A stretch of 63,548 bases of DNA, counting the filler, from a bacterium (lineage in GTDB: Bacteria; JAMORN01): NCBI GenBank assembly GCA_027063545.1. It is 10 parts of 10 records of this genome, joined end to end, with 100 filler letters (N's around TTAATTAATTAA, not from the genome) between each part and the next. Parts side by side here need not be neighbours in the genome. Positions count along the whole stretch, not along the records: positions 45,342 to 52,605 come from JAMORN010000136.1; positions 52,706 to 59,886 come from JAMORN010000137.1; positions 59,987 to 61,892 come from JAMORN010000166.1; 7 more parts are not named here. One strand, given 5' to 3'. Below are positions 50,588 to 61,175 of the stretch, piece after piece (position 1 is the first letter of the stretch; every line of letters begins with the position of its first letter). Both the position numbers and the translations under genes were made by a program. The notes beneath the pieces were generated by a model. That model did no database searches, was not told where the DNA came from, and worked only from the letters and a program-made list of their open reading frames with translations.

Positions 50588-52605
50588 TTAATCTCCTTTT
50601 TGAGAAATTATATATATACTATTTGCTAAATTTTTTAAGTCTTCGGATTTTGAATAGTTTGAAAAGTAAGTATGATTTCCTATTATAACTAATTGGTATC
50701 TTGCTCTTGTTATAGCAACATTAAGTCTATTTGGATTATCCAAAAATCCATCTTTTTTAGTTTGTACCATAGAGAGAAATACAATATCAGCTTCATGTCC
50801 TTGAAATTTATCTACAGTATACAGCATTATTTTTATTTTTCTTCCCAGTTCTTCTCCATATCTGAATATAGAATATGCATTAAGTCCTGTTAATTCTCTG
50901 AGTTTATCTCTTATTCTACTTTCTTGTCCTCGATAGAATGTAAGGCAGGCAATTGTCCAATCTTTATTTTCTTCGGGATAAGGATGTTGTAAGGCCCACT
51001 CTAGAAAATCTTTAAGTTCTTTAATTAATACTTTTATTTCTTCTTGATTATAATTTTTAATGGTTTCCCCTCTAACATCAATCCATACAGATCTTTGAGA
51101 ATATTTATTATAATTCCAATTTCTTAATATTTTTATTTGTTGAGGTTGCTCTAAATCTTTTAAAGCATTTTTTTCTTTATAGAATTGTTCACGAGGAAAT
51201 CGAGAAATATCTGGATGCATTCTATGTTGATATACTAAAATTTCTCTCCTTTTTTCTAAATCTTCTTTATTAAAACCTTCATTAATTACTCTAGATTTAT
51301 TTATTTTAATTCCTTGTATTCCATGGATTAAACTTTCTAGAATGGAAGGGAAGAATATAGCAGCCTTTTCATCTATTAACTCAATAATTTCTTTCTTATT
51401 ATATTCTTTATATGTTAAAGGAATTAATCTATTAATAGTTTCTTTATAATGTTTAATTTTTTTATTTTCACGAAGTCTTAACTGATAAATTCTATCAAGT
51501 CTCCAAGCAATTTCTTCAGCCCAATTTTTTTCTGTTAATAATGTGTTTATATTTTGTACTATTTTAAAAAGATTATTTGAGTTATTGTCCTTATTTTTTA
51601 AATATATTTTATTATAATTAAAATAATATGAAGTTAAATATGCATGTTTTGTTTCTTCCCAATTATTTTTTCTTAATATTATATGAGTTTCAGGGAGATA
51701 GTCTAAAACTTCATTAATATAAGCCTGGTTTATAAGAATTAAATCATAGGCAACTAGCTTAAGACGTTGGTCTGTTAGATTTTTTATATCTAAAAATTCT
51801 ATATTATCTATAACATAGTTTTTAGTATTTATTAAAGTTAAATTTTCAATAACAAGAATTCTTTTTTCAAAAATTTTTTCATGATACTGATTTTTATATC
51901 TATTTATATATTCGTTAAGAAATTCTTTTAAAGTTGAAGAGCCTATAGGAAATATAATTTTTAAATCATTATTATATTTAAAGATTTGATTTAGATGAAA
52001 GAGAAAAAAGATAGCTTCTTTTAAATCTTTATCATTTACAATAGTATCAATATTTGCTACTATATATTCTTTATTTGTAAATGGAGAAAGTTGCATAACA
52101 TCACCAACTAAAATCCATTTTTTAGCATATAAGGCTGGCACTAAAAATTCTTGAAATGTTGTTTTACTTGATTCATCTATTATAAGATAATCAAAAGAAG
52201 GTACAATTGGGGTATTAACATTTTTTCTACCTTTAAAATAAGGATGCTGTAGAATTCCAATAGTTGTCCCACATACTAGATTGGCACTATCAAGAATAAG
52301 TTTTAAATCTTCATCTGACATATTATTTCTTTCTTTAATATCATCTAATTGAAATTCCCTAACATTTTCACTAATTCTATTTTTATCACCAATTCTTATA
52401 GGTAGAATATTAAAATATTCTAAGTAACTTTTTCCATCTTTAAATTTATTCTTTAATCTTTCTAAAACATTATCAACAGCAACATGAGTTGAACCAGCTA
52501 AAAGAATTTTTTTTCCTTGTTTGATTAGTTGTAAAATAAGTTCCAATATAACAGTTGTTTTTCCCGAACCAGGAGGCCCTTCTAAAATTGCAAAATCAGG
52601 AGTGG
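50588..52605 (-). CDS. UPF1/DNA2-like superfamily 1B helicase (AAA_11/AAA_12), 5' truncated
   Basis: Frame extends to the contig edge with EGPPGSGKTT; STHVAVDNVLERL, IIDESSK, LVGD..QL.P, QHRMHP.I, TVDKFQG.EAD, NRLNVAITRAR. Confidence 0.93.
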
Positions 52606-52705
52606 NNNNNNNNNNNNNNNNNNNNNNNNNNNNNNNNNNNNNNNNNNNNTTAATTAATTAANNNNNNNNNNNNNNNNNNNNNNNNNNNNNNNNNNNNNNN
52701 NNNNN
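52606..52705. other. Artificial contig linker
   Basis: N run with TTAATTAATTAA. Confidence 0.99.
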
Positions 52706-52706
52706 G

Positions 52707-52922
52707 ATAAAACCTAAAAAGATAAAAAAGTTAGCAAAATCAAAAGAAGTTAAAGATAGATTAAATGATTATAGTTATATATTTTCAGATATACCTATAA
52801 CATTTTATATGTATGTATTAATAGATAATAGAGAACTTATACCTTTAGATGATATAAATAAATTATTTAAAGTAATAGACTATAATATAAAAAGAAGAAA
52901 GTTATTAAAAAAAGAGGAATAA
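52707..52922 (+). CDS. Hypothetical protein, C-terminal fragment
   Basis: Open frame from the contig edge ending 4 nt before der. Confidence 0.5.
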   Translation: MKPKKIKKLAKSKEVKDRLNDYSYIFSDIPITFYMYVLIDNRELIPLDDINKLFKVIDYNIKRRKLLKKEE

Positions 52923-52926
52923 AGAT

Positions 52927-54300
52927 ATGAGAGATGGATTACCAGTTGTAGCAATAGTAGGAAGACCAAATGTGGGAAAATCAACCCTATTTAACAGAAT
53001 AGTAAAAAAAAGAATAGCAATAGTTGATGAAACTCCTGGAGTTACAAGGGATAGAAAATATTATAAAATTTTATGGAATAAAAAAGAGTTTTATCTTGTT
53101 GATACTGGAGGACTTTTACCTAAAAGTGAGGATATTTTTCAGAAGTCCATAGATACCCATGTAGAGTATGCAATACAAGAGGCAGAGGTAATATTATTTT
53201 TAGTAGATGGAGAGACTGGGCTTGTTGATATTGATATGGACGTGGCTGGAATGCTTCAAAGATATAAAGATACTAAACAAATAATTGTTGTTGTAAATAA
53301 ACTTGATTATTATGAGGATCATACTCCAATTTATGAATTTTATAGATTAGGTTTTGATGAGGTTTTCCCTATATCAGCCTTACATGGCTATGGAGTAGGG
53401 GATTTATTAGATAAAGTGGTAAATGCTTTAGATAGAATAAATATATTAGAGGATAAAAAAGAGGAAATAAAGACAATAAATGTAGCAATAGTTGGAAAGC
53501 CAAATGTTGGGAAATCTTCACTTCTCAATAAACTTACAAGAGAAGATTTTGCAATAGTATCTGATATTCCGGGGACTACAAGGGATCCTATAGATACAAT
53601 TGTTAAATTTGATGATATATACTATAAATTTATAGATACAGCAGGTATAAGAAAAAAGAAGAAAATTCAGGATCATATAGAGTTTTATTCTGTAGTAAGA
53701 ACAGAGAGAATGATAACAAGAAGTGATGTGATACTACTTGTTCTTGATGCATCAAGAGAACTATCAAATCAGGATGAAGAGGTTGTAAAAAGGATTCAAG
53801 ATAGTGAAAAAGCAATTGTTGGTGTTGTAAATAAGTGGGATTTAGTAGAAAAATCTACTTATACTGTTGAAATTTATAAAGAGATCTTTTATAGTAAATT
53901 TCCTAGTCTAAAATATGTTCCTTTAGTTTTTGTTTCAGCAAAAACAGGGCAAAGAGTTAATAAAATTTTTAAATATATAAATGAGGTTTATAATTGGTGG
54001 AAGTATTTTATAGAGGATCAACAAGAACTTCAAAGATATTTTAAAGAGGAAATATTAGAAAAACATCAACATAAGAGTGTTAGAAATAAAAATATTTATT
54101 TTAGAAAGATAGAGCAGGTAGATGTTTCTCCACCAACATTTCATGTATATGTTAATTTCCCTAATTTAGTAAAAGATGAATATAAAAGATACATAGCAAA
54201 TAAGATTAGAAATAAATATATTTTTACAGGAACACCTTTAAAATTTATATACAAAAAGTCAAAAGTATATACACAAGATGTTATAAAAGTTTTATATTAA
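52927..54300 (+). CDS. der: Ribosome biogenesis double GTPase
   Basis: Two G domains: GRPNVGKS/DTGG/NKLD and GKPNVGKS/DTAG/NKWD. Confidence 0.97.
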   Translation: MRDGLPVVAIVGRPNVGKSTLFNRIVKKRIAIVDETPGVTRDRKYYKILWNKKEFYLVDTGGLLPKSEDIFQKSIDTHVEYAIQEAEVILFLVDGETGLVDIDMDVAGMLQRYKDTKQIIVVVNKLDYYEDHTPIYEFYRLGFDEVFPISALHGYGVGDLLDKVVNALDRINILEDKKEEIKTINVAIVGKPNVGKSSLLNKLTREDFAIVSDIPGTTRDPIDTIVKFDDIYYKFIDTAGIRKKKKIQDHIEFYSVVRTERMITRSDVILLVLDASRELSNQDEEVVKRIQDSEKAIVGVVNKWDLVEKSTYTVEIYKEIFYSKFPSLKYVPLVFVSAKTGQRVNKIFKYINEVYNWWKYFIEDQQELQRYFKEEILEKHQHKSVRNKNIYFRKIEQVDVSPPTFHVYVNFPNLVKDEYKRYIANKIRNKYIFTGTPLKFIYKKSKVYTQDVIKVLY

Positions 54301-54320
54301 AGAAAAAAGGAGGAAAGGCT

Positions 54321-54971
54321 TTGAGTTTACCATCAAGTTGTCCAATTCTTACTCCAAAACTTTTGGGACTTTTTATATTTTCATATCTACTTGGTTCTAT
54401 ACCAACAGCAGTATGGATAAGTAAAGCATTTTGTGGTTTTGATATAAGAGAGAAAGGTTCTGGAAATGCAGGATTTACTAATGTTTTAAGAGTTTGTGGC
54501 CTTAAATATGCTATACCTGTAGGAATAGTTGATTTATTAAAAGGATTTATACCGGTAATTTTAGCTAAGTTTCTTTATCCTTTAGATTATAATATTCATG
54601 TAATTGTGGGATTATATACTGTATTAGGTCATATCTTCCCTATTTTTGCATCTTTTAAAGGCGGTAAAGGTGTATTTACTTCGTTGGGTGTTATGGTAGG
54701 ACTTTTTCCTGTTTATTCTTTTGTGGCTTTATTAGTATTTTTAATAGTTTTTTATATTAGTAAAATTGTTAGTTTAAGTTCCCTTTCTGCTACCCTTATT
54801 TTTGTGATCATATCAGTAATAGATTATTTAAAGTTTTCTAAATACATTAATAACAAAATATATCTTTATTTTGTTATTCTAGTTGGAACTTTAATATTTA
54901 TCACTCATAGAAGTAATATTAAAAGACTAATAAAAGGCGAAGAGTTATCTTTTAAAAAAAGAAAGGAGTAA
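54321..54971 (+). CDS. plsY: Glycerol-3-phosphate acyltransferase
   Basis: YLLGSIP, GSGNAG.TN..R, D.LKG, GH.FP.F..FKGGKGV, HR.NI.RL. Confidence 0.95.
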   Translation: MSLPSSCPILTPKLLGLFIFSYLLGSIPTAVWISKAFCGFDIREKGSGNAGFTNVLRVCGLKYAIPVGIVDLLKGFIPVILAKFLYPLDYNIHVIVGLYTVLGHIFPIFASFKGGKGVFTSLGVMVGLFPVYSFVALLVFLIVFYISKIVSLSSLSATLIFVIISVIDYLKFSKYINNKIYLYFVILVGTLIFITHRSNIKRLIKGEELSFKKRKE

Positions 54972-54974
54972 AAG

Positions 54975-55985
54975 ATGAAGAAAGTTGCAATATTGGGAGC
55001 AGGTAGTTGGGCTATTGGTTTGGGTAGTGTTTTATGGGATAATGGCCATTATATAAAGATGTGGGAGATTGATAAGAATAGAGCAGAGGAATTATCTAAA
55101 AAAAAAGTATTGTACGATAAACTACCAGATGTAAAAATTCCAGAAAATAATTTTGAGATTTCCTCTGATTTAGAATATGTGGTAAAAGATGTTGATTATA
55201 TAGTTGTAGTTGTTCCAAGTGTTTATTTTAGAGGAACAATTCAGTTATTAAAAAATTTTTATAAAAATAAAATTCCAATAATTTCCGCTACAAAAGGCCT
55301 TGAAAACAAAACATTTAAGTTTATGACTCAGATTATAGAAGAGGTGATAGAGGAGAGTTTTGGTAGGACTGTTGCTTTAAGTGGTCCTACTCATGCTGAA
55401 GAGGTTGTAAAAAGAATGCCAACAACAATAGTAAGTGCTTCAAAAAATATTAAATTGGCAAAAGAGGTTCAAAAACTTTTTTCTAATAAATATTTTAGGG
55501 TATATAGTCATTACGATGAATTGGGAGTTCAACTATCTGGAGCAGTAAAAAACGTTATAGCAATTGCTGCTGGAATAGGAGATGGGTTGGGATTAGGAGA
55601 TAATGCTAAGGCTGCTCTTATAACAAGAGGTCTTGTAGAAATGGAGCGTTTAGGAAAAGTGTTAGGGGCGCAATCAGAAACAATAACAGGACTGGCGGGT
55701 ATTGGAGATTTGATTGTTACATGTACTTCAAAACATTCAAGAAATAGATATTTAGGCGAAATGCTTGGAAAAGGGAAGAAATTAAAGGATATTTTAGATG
55801 AAATGACTATGGTTGCAGAGGGAGTCCCTACATGTGAGGCTATTTATAATTATGCAAAGAAATTAGAATTAGATCTTCCTATTGTAGTTGAGGTTTATAA
55901 TATCTTATTTAAAGATAAATCTCCAAATAAAGCATTAGAGGATTTAATGAATAGAGAATTAAAACAAGAAGGTTTTTATTTATAG
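54975..55985 (+). CDS. gpsA: NAD(P)H-dependent glycerol-3-phosphate dehydrogenase
   Basis: GAGSW, TKGLE, SGPTHAEEV, KNVIAIAAG, GDLIVTC.S.HSRN. Confidence 0.96.
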   Translation: MKKVAILGAGSWAIGLGSVLWDNGHYIKMWEIDKNRAEELSKKKVLYDKLPDVKIPENNFEISSDLEYVVKDVDYIVVVVPSVYFRGTIQLLKNFYKNKIPIISATKGLENKTFKFMTQIIEEVIEESFGRTVALSGPTHAEEVVKRMPTTIVSASKNIKLAKEVQKLFSNKYFRVYSHYDELGVQLSGAVKNVIAIAAGIGDGLGLGDNAKAALITRGLVEMERLGKVLGAQSETITGLAGIGDLIVTCTSKHSRNRYLGEMLGKGKKLKDILDEMTMVAEGVPTCEAIYNYAKKLELDLPIVVEVYNILFKDKSPNKALEDLMNRELKQEGFYL

Positions 55986-55989
55986 AAAT

Positions 55990-56376
55990 ATGGAAAAACT
56001 TTATTATACTATAGGTGAAGTAAGTCAACTTCTTGATATACCAGAATCAACAATAAGATATTGGGAGAAGGAGTTCCCATTTATTATTCCTAAAAAAAGG
56101 CTTCATGGAAGAAGGGTTTATAGAAAAGATGAGATTGAAAAAATAAAACTTATAAAAGAACTTTTATATGATAAAAAATTCACAATAGAAGGAGCAAAGA
56201 AATATTTTTATAATTTGTATCAAGAGAGTAGTTTATTTAAAAAAGTAAAAGATGTAACCCTCCCCTCTAAAAGATCTAATAAAAGAGGGGAGAATGAAAG
56301 AGCAAAGCTATTAAAAGATATAAAGAAAGAACTATTAAGTATTATAGATTTTTTGGATAACTTCTTTCTCAAATGA
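55990..56376 (+). CDS. MerR-family HTH protein
   Basis: YYTIGEVS......IRYWE.EF, R.Y, FTIEGAK. Confidence 0.9.
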   Translation: MEKLYYTIGEVSQLLDIPESTIRYWEKEFPFIIPKKRLHGRRVYRKDEIEKIKLIKELLYDKKFTIEGAKKYFYNLYQESSLFKKVKDVTLPSKRSNKRGENERAKLLKDIKKELLSIIDFLDNFFLK

Positions 56377-57312
56377 ATCTAAATTGTCTAATAAATCTTG
56401 AGTAATAGATGTTAATTCTTTTACTTTTTCTTCTATTTCTTTTTCATTATTGTTCATTTTTAATTCATATATTTCCTTAATTTTTTCATGCCATTTTTCA
56501 TGATTTTCTATAATTTGATGATAATATATAGAATCTTCTTTTACCTGTTCAAATATTCCTTCTTCTCTAAATATTTTAGTTAACATACAAGAATTAGAAT
56601 CAACAATTTCAAATTCTTTTATATTATCCAATATAAAAAGTAAAAATTTATATATAGAATTAATATGAACAGATTTTATTGTATCAATTTTTAAAGATAT
56701 CATAGAAATTGTAATATCTGAATCTAAAGAATTAGAGTTTTTTAAAATTTTTTCTATCTTAGTTTTTACTTGTTCAAATAATTCAACAGTTTTATCAGAT
56801 GCTTTAACCATTTTATCAACAAACTCTTTTAAGTTATCAATATTTTTTGACAATCTTTCAATACTTTCAGAAATAACAGAGGTTACTTCTTTAGTTTTTA
56901 TAGACAGATTTTTTATTTCTTCTGCAATTACTGCAAAACCTTTACCTATTTCTCCAGCACGGGCTGATTCAATAGAAGCATTAAGAGATAGAATTTTTGT
57001 CATTTCAGATATGTTATTTATTAAATCTATTTGTTTTTTTATATTTTCGGTTTCTTTAATAACAAATTCGAATTCCTTTAGTTGTTCTTTTATATTGGTT
57101 ATTATAATATTATTTTCTTCATATAGAGATTCTATTATACTTGTAAATTCCTTTAAAATTGATATATTTTCTTTAGAAAAATTTGAATTTTTTATAATTT
57201 TTTCTATATTATTTAAAAATTTAGTTTGAAGTTCTTCATTGTATACTGATATAGTCTCTAAAGTTTCAAAAACTGCCTTTAATTCATTTGAAATTATTTT
57301 TCCTATACCCAT
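56335..57312 (-). CDS. Soluble methyl-accepting chemotaxis protein with C-terminal CZB-like domain
   Basis: [27 protein letters not shown]; no TM; H...C.L...HEKWH. Confidence 0.85.
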   Translation of the reverse strand: MGIGKIISNELKAVFETLETISVYNEELQTKFLNNIEKIIKNSNFSKENISILKEFTSIIESLYEENNIIITNIKEQLKEFEFVIKETENIKKQIDLINNISEMTKILSLNASIESARAGEIGKGFAVIAEEIKNLSIKTKEVTSVISESIERLSKNIDNLKEFVDKMVKASDKTVELFEQVKTKIEKILKNSNSLDSDITISMISLKIDTIKSVHINSIYKFLLFILDNIKEFEIVDSNSCMLTKIFREEGIFEQVKEDSIYYHQIIENHEKWHEKIKEIYELKMNNNEKEIEEKVKELTSITQDLLDNLDSFEKEVIQKIYNT

Positions 57313-57335
57313 CTAACTAACCTCCTTTATAAATT

Positions 57336-58778
57336 TTAAATAACAAAATTTTTTACTTTTTGGTTTTCGTATTTACCAAAAATTACCTTTGATATTGCCA
57401 TTCTCTGACTTTCATCAAAACCGAAAGATATGATTTTAACCCCATCAATATCTTTATAATAGTTTAAAATTTGGGGATCATCAACAAAAATCATTATAAG
57501 AGGAATATCTAACTTATTAATTGTTTTTAAATAATTCTTTGTTTTATTATCGGCGGAATCTATTAAATAAATAATATAAGAATATTCATGCCATTTAGTA
57601 TTTTCATCTGGTACTATTTGATATATATATTTATGATAGTTCTTTAGATATTTAGTAAATGTAAAAATATCACTATATTCTTCTTGAGTCATAAATTCTT
57701 TTAAAAGTTTAGAAGGTTCTACCACACCTATTATATCAAATTCTTTAGCTTTTATAGGAAAAAATTTCTTTTTTTCGTATACATATATAGCTTCTTCAGC
57801 CATTTGATCTATATATTGTTGAAATATAGTTTGTTCAAGTTCTTCTATAGGAGATTGGGAATAAAATACTTCAAGTTTTTTTAAGAGAAACTCTATTTTA
57901 TTATAGTTATCTTCTATAGTTTTAGTTATTTCCTCATATTTATATAGATTATTTATAATTTCTGGAAGTTTTTCAATGTTTCTATCTATATATAGAACAT
58001 TCACACCATTTTTTAGTCCATTATATATTAAGTATTCCAATTTATATTCTCCTAAAAGTTGGACATCAGATATATAAGCACCAATTAGCCCTATATAATT
58101 TAAATTATTTTTCAACATATGAACAAACTTTTGAGATATGGAAGCAGGGATTTTATCAATATTAGCATATATATTATTTGATAAAAATATTATATCAATA
58201 TTGGAATTTATTAATTTTTTATATATTTCTAAGTTTTCACTAGAAAAGATATTATATATGTCTTCTTCCAATCTTCCGGGAAAGTTTTTGATTGTAGTTA
58301 GTATTCCATTTTCTTGAAGAGTTTGAATGTAAAAAGCTAAATATTTTGAAATTTCTGAAGATATTCCCATAGTATTTAGATAATTAAAATGATCAAAAGA
58401 GGCATTTAAAGAAAAATCCATATTAATACCTATAGATTTATATATCCTAGATAATATTTCAGCATGTCTTCTTATATAATCTTCTTTATTAGTAGCTGCT
58501 ATAGAGGCCAAAGAGGGTAGTTTTAATATATTATCAAATATTTTATTGTTAGAGTCTATAGAAAAATAATCTATACCAATAATAATATTATAGTCAGCTA
58601 ACTCTTTAATTTTACTTATAAAATTATGAAGAGATATTATATCATCAAAATTTTTTTCTGAAATAACAACACCTAAAACTTTATAATTTTTTATTAGTTC
58701 TATTAAATCATCTGTAATATCTGGAGTTTGTATTGATACAATAAATGATTTTGATATCTTTTCCATAATACCTTCCAT
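57336..58778 (-). CDS. Degenerate glycoside hydrolase family 3 (NagZ-like) protein
   Basis: GINMDF, KNFPG (cf. KHFPGHG), PAS.S, L.Y.GLI; C-terminal A...VIFG. Confidence 0.65.
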   Translation of the reverse strand: MEGIMEKISKSFIVSIQTPDITDDLIELIKNYKVLGVVISEKNFDDIISLHNFISKIKELADYNIIIGIDYFSIDSNNKIFDNILKLPSLASIAATNKEDYIRRHAEILSRIYKSIGINMDFSLNASFDHFNYLNTMGISSEISKYLAFYIQTLQENGILTTIKNFPGRLEEDIYNIFSSENLEIYKKLINSNIDIIFLSNNIYANIDKIPASISQKFVHMLKNNLNYIGLIGAYISDVQLLGEYKLEYLIYNGLKNGVNVLYIDRNIEKLPEIINNLYKYEEITKTIEDNYNKIEFLLKKLEVFYSQSPIEELEQTIFQQYIDQMAEEAIYVYEKKKFFPIKAKEFDIIGVVEPSKLLKEFMTQEEYSDIFTFTKYLKNYHKYIYQIVPDENTKWHEYSYIIYLIDSADNKTKNYLKTINKLDIPLIMIFVDDPQILNYYKDIDGVKIISFGFDESQRMAISKVIFGKYENQKVKNFVI

Positions 58779-58917
58779 GTTAAATAAAATAAAAAAATAA
58801 GTTTAAAAGTAAAATAGTTGAAATATATTTTTTCCAATTTTTTATTTACAACTTCATATCAGGTTATATTTTCTATACAATTTAGTTTACATAACACATA
58901 TTATACGAAATAATATA

Positions 58918-59886
58918 TCATGAATTTAATATAAGCTCTTCGAGATTTTCAATACTTGTTGTAACTATTGGATCAGATAGTTTGAGTTTTTCTTCTATAA
59001 TTTTTATGGAATAATCTATAGATCCTTTAGATTTATTAAAGGTTTGAGCTATATAAGTTTTAGAAACTCCAGCAATATTCTTCAATAAATATATAGTAAT
59101 ATACCTGATAAGAGTTAATTCCTGTTTTCTAGATTTTGATTTTATTTCTTCAGGATCAATTTTAAAATAATTGGCAACTATATTTAATATTTTAATTGTA
59201 GAACTTATATATGAAACTTCTTCAAATTTCTCTTTTTCTTCTTGTGATATAATTGATTGATTCTCTATAAGTTTTTTTACATTCTCAAAATTCAATTCTA
59301 AATTAAGATATTTATGGTAAAATATTATTTTATTTAATATTCCCTCTAAAACTCTTATATTTTCTTTTTCTGTAATACCAGCAATGTATATTAAAATTTC
59401 TTCTGGTATTTCTATATTATGAATTGTTTTAGATTTATTTCTTAATATAGCCATTCTAGTTTCAAAATCTGGATACCCTATATCAGCTACAACACCACTT
59501 TTTAAATTTTCAATTAGGTCTTTAGTTATAAACTTTAAATTTTCAATAGGTCTATCAAGTGTAAATATTAACTTTTTATTTTTTTCATAAAGATTTTTAT
59601 ATATCCTAAATAAGAACTTTTGGGTTTCAGGTTTATTTTCAAAAAATTGAATATCATCAATAATTAAAATATCAATATTTTTATATTTTTCATCAAGATT
59701 TATACTAGACTTTTTATTTATATAATCAATAAATTCAGATAGAAAAATTTCACTAGTAATATAGAGAATATTTATATTATTATCCTTTTCTTTTACATAA
59801 TTATAAATTGCTTGGACTAAATGAGATTTTCCAAGTCCTGTAGGACTATATAAAATAAAAGGATTAAATTCTATGGGTTTATTATA
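58918..59886 (-). CDS. Divergent DnaA-family protein (5' truncated)
   Basis: Frame extends to the contig edge: FNPFILYSPTGLGKSHL, IIDDIQF, DR, PDFETRMAIL, NIRVLEG, domain IV SKSR. Confidence 0.85.
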   Translation of the reverse strand, partial: YNKPIEFNPFILYSPTGLGKSHLVQAIYNYVKEKDNNINILYITSEIFLSEFIDYINKKSSINLDEKYKNIDILIIDDIQFFENKPETQKFLFRIYKNLYEKNKKLIFTLDRPIENLKFITKDLIENLKSGVVADIGYPDFETRMAILRNKSKTIHNIEIPEEILIYIAGITEKENIRVLEGILNKIIFYHKYLNLELNFENVKKLIENQSIISQEEKEKFEEVSYISSTIKILNIVANYFKIDPEEIKSKSRKQELTLIRYITIYLLKNIAGVSKTYIAQTFNKSKGSIDYSIKIIEEKLKLSDPIVTTSIENLEELILNS

Positions 59887-59986
59887 NNNNNNNNNNNNNN
59901 NNNNNNNNNNNNNNNNNNNNNNNNNNNNNNTTAATTAATTAANNNNNNNNNNNNNNNNNNNNNNNNNNNNNNNNNNNNNNNNNNNN
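59887..59986. other. Artificial contig linker
   Basis: N run with TTAATTAATTAA. Confidence 0.99.
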
Positions 59987-60046
59987 TAGACCCAGAGGAT
60001 ATAGCTAAATTAATAATAGATTAATATAAGAAATAACGGGGTATTT

Positions 60047-60934
60047 ATGCCTTTAGATCAAGCTGAAAATTTAAGACGTCTTGTAGAACAAAAAAAAGGT
60101 AATTTTTCAAGGATATTAAAACATACTATATGTATTACCTCTGGTAAGGGTGGTGTAGGAAAAAGTAATATTGCTCTTAACCTAGGTATAGTATTATCTA
60201 AATTGAATAAAAAAGTATTATTATTTGATGGGGATATATCTTTGGCAAATCTAAATATTTTATTAGGGGTATCTCCTGATTATAATATATATAATCTAAT
60301 TAAAGGAGATAAAAATATTAATGATGTTATATTTCAAACTCAATATAAAGGGTTAGATTTATTACCGGGAAGTTCAGGTATAAAAGAAATAACAAATTTA
60401 ATGGACTATGAGATAGATAGATTAAAATCTCAGCTTCAATTATTAGAAGATAAATATGATTATATAATTGTGGATACAGCTGCTGGAATAAGTAATATAG
60501 TAATGGGATTTGTCCTTTCATCTGATATGGTTCTACTAGTGGTAACTCCTGAAACTACTTCAATAACAGATGCTTATGCATTACTTAAGATAAGTGTAAA
60601 TGAAAAACGAGATATAAATGTTAAGATAATAATGAATATGGTGGATTCTAAAAAGCATGGGAAGGAGGCATTTAATAAATTTAATCTTCTATCTAAGAAG
60701 TTTTTGAATAAGGAATTAGAATTATATGGAATAATCGAAAAGGAAAAGAAAGTATCAGAAGCTGTGATTATTCAGACACCTATAATAGAATATGCTCCTA
60801 ATTCGTCTTTTGCTTATGCTATAAAGAATATTGCAAATTTAATAGTTAAAGGAATTAAACCTCAAGAAGAAAAAGATTCATCTTTTGTAGAAAAATTTCT
60901 TGAAAAAATGAAAAATTTTAATATTTATAAGTAA
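60047..60934 (+). CDS. flhG: MinD-like flagellar number regulator FlhG/FleN
   Basis: DQAENLR N-terminal motif, TSGKGGVGKS, DTAAG, TPE.TSITDAY; near fliA. Confidence 0.9.
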   Translation: MPLDQAENLRRLVEQKKGNFSRILKHTICITSGKGGVGKSNIALNLGIVLSKLNKKVLLFDGDISLANLNILLGVSPDYNIYNLIKGDKNINDVIFQTQYKGLDLLPGSSGIKEITNLMDYEIDRLKSQLQLLEDKYDYIIVDTAAGISNIVMGFVLSSDMVLLVVTPETTSITDAYALLKISVNEKRDINVKIIMNMVDSKKHGKEAFNKFNLLSKKFLNKELELYGIIEKEKKVSEAVIIQTPIIEYAPNSSFAYAIKNIANLIVKGIKPQEEKDSSFVEKFLEKMKNFNIYK

Positions 60935-60942
60935 TAGGAGCT

Positions 60943-61155
60943 ATGAAAAAGAGTTTTCTACGTCTAATATTTTATTTGATGGTTCTTAAGTTTTTAATAG
61001 CAGTTATGCCTAATTTTAAAGATATTGATATTGCTTTTAGTATAGTATCTATAGTTGGCATAGTTTTTGTATTTGATATTGTTATAGAGATAACAAAGAT
61101 AGTATACAATGATATATTAAATTCTTCTGAAGAAGTTAAGAATAGAGTACAATAA
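60943..61155 (+). CDS. Small two-TM hypothetical protein
   Basis: AGGAG RBS; located between flhG and fliA. Confidence 0.6.
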   Translation: MKKSFLRLIFYLMVLKFLIAVMPNFKDIDIAFSIVSIVGIVFVFDIVIEITKIVYNDILNSSEEVKNRVQ

Positions 61156-61175
61156 AAAAATAAAAAGGTAGAGTT

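Noticed and set aside
56260-56292. 9-bp GC-rich inverted repeat (CTCCCCTCT...AGAGGGGAG) in the MerR 3' region
   Set aside because: 15-nt loop and no U-tract on either strand; it might aid termination of the convergent MCP gene but cannot be supported.
58779-58917. Possible oriC downstream of the dnaA-like gene
   Set aside because: AT-rich, but only poor matches to TTATCCACA and no dnaN.
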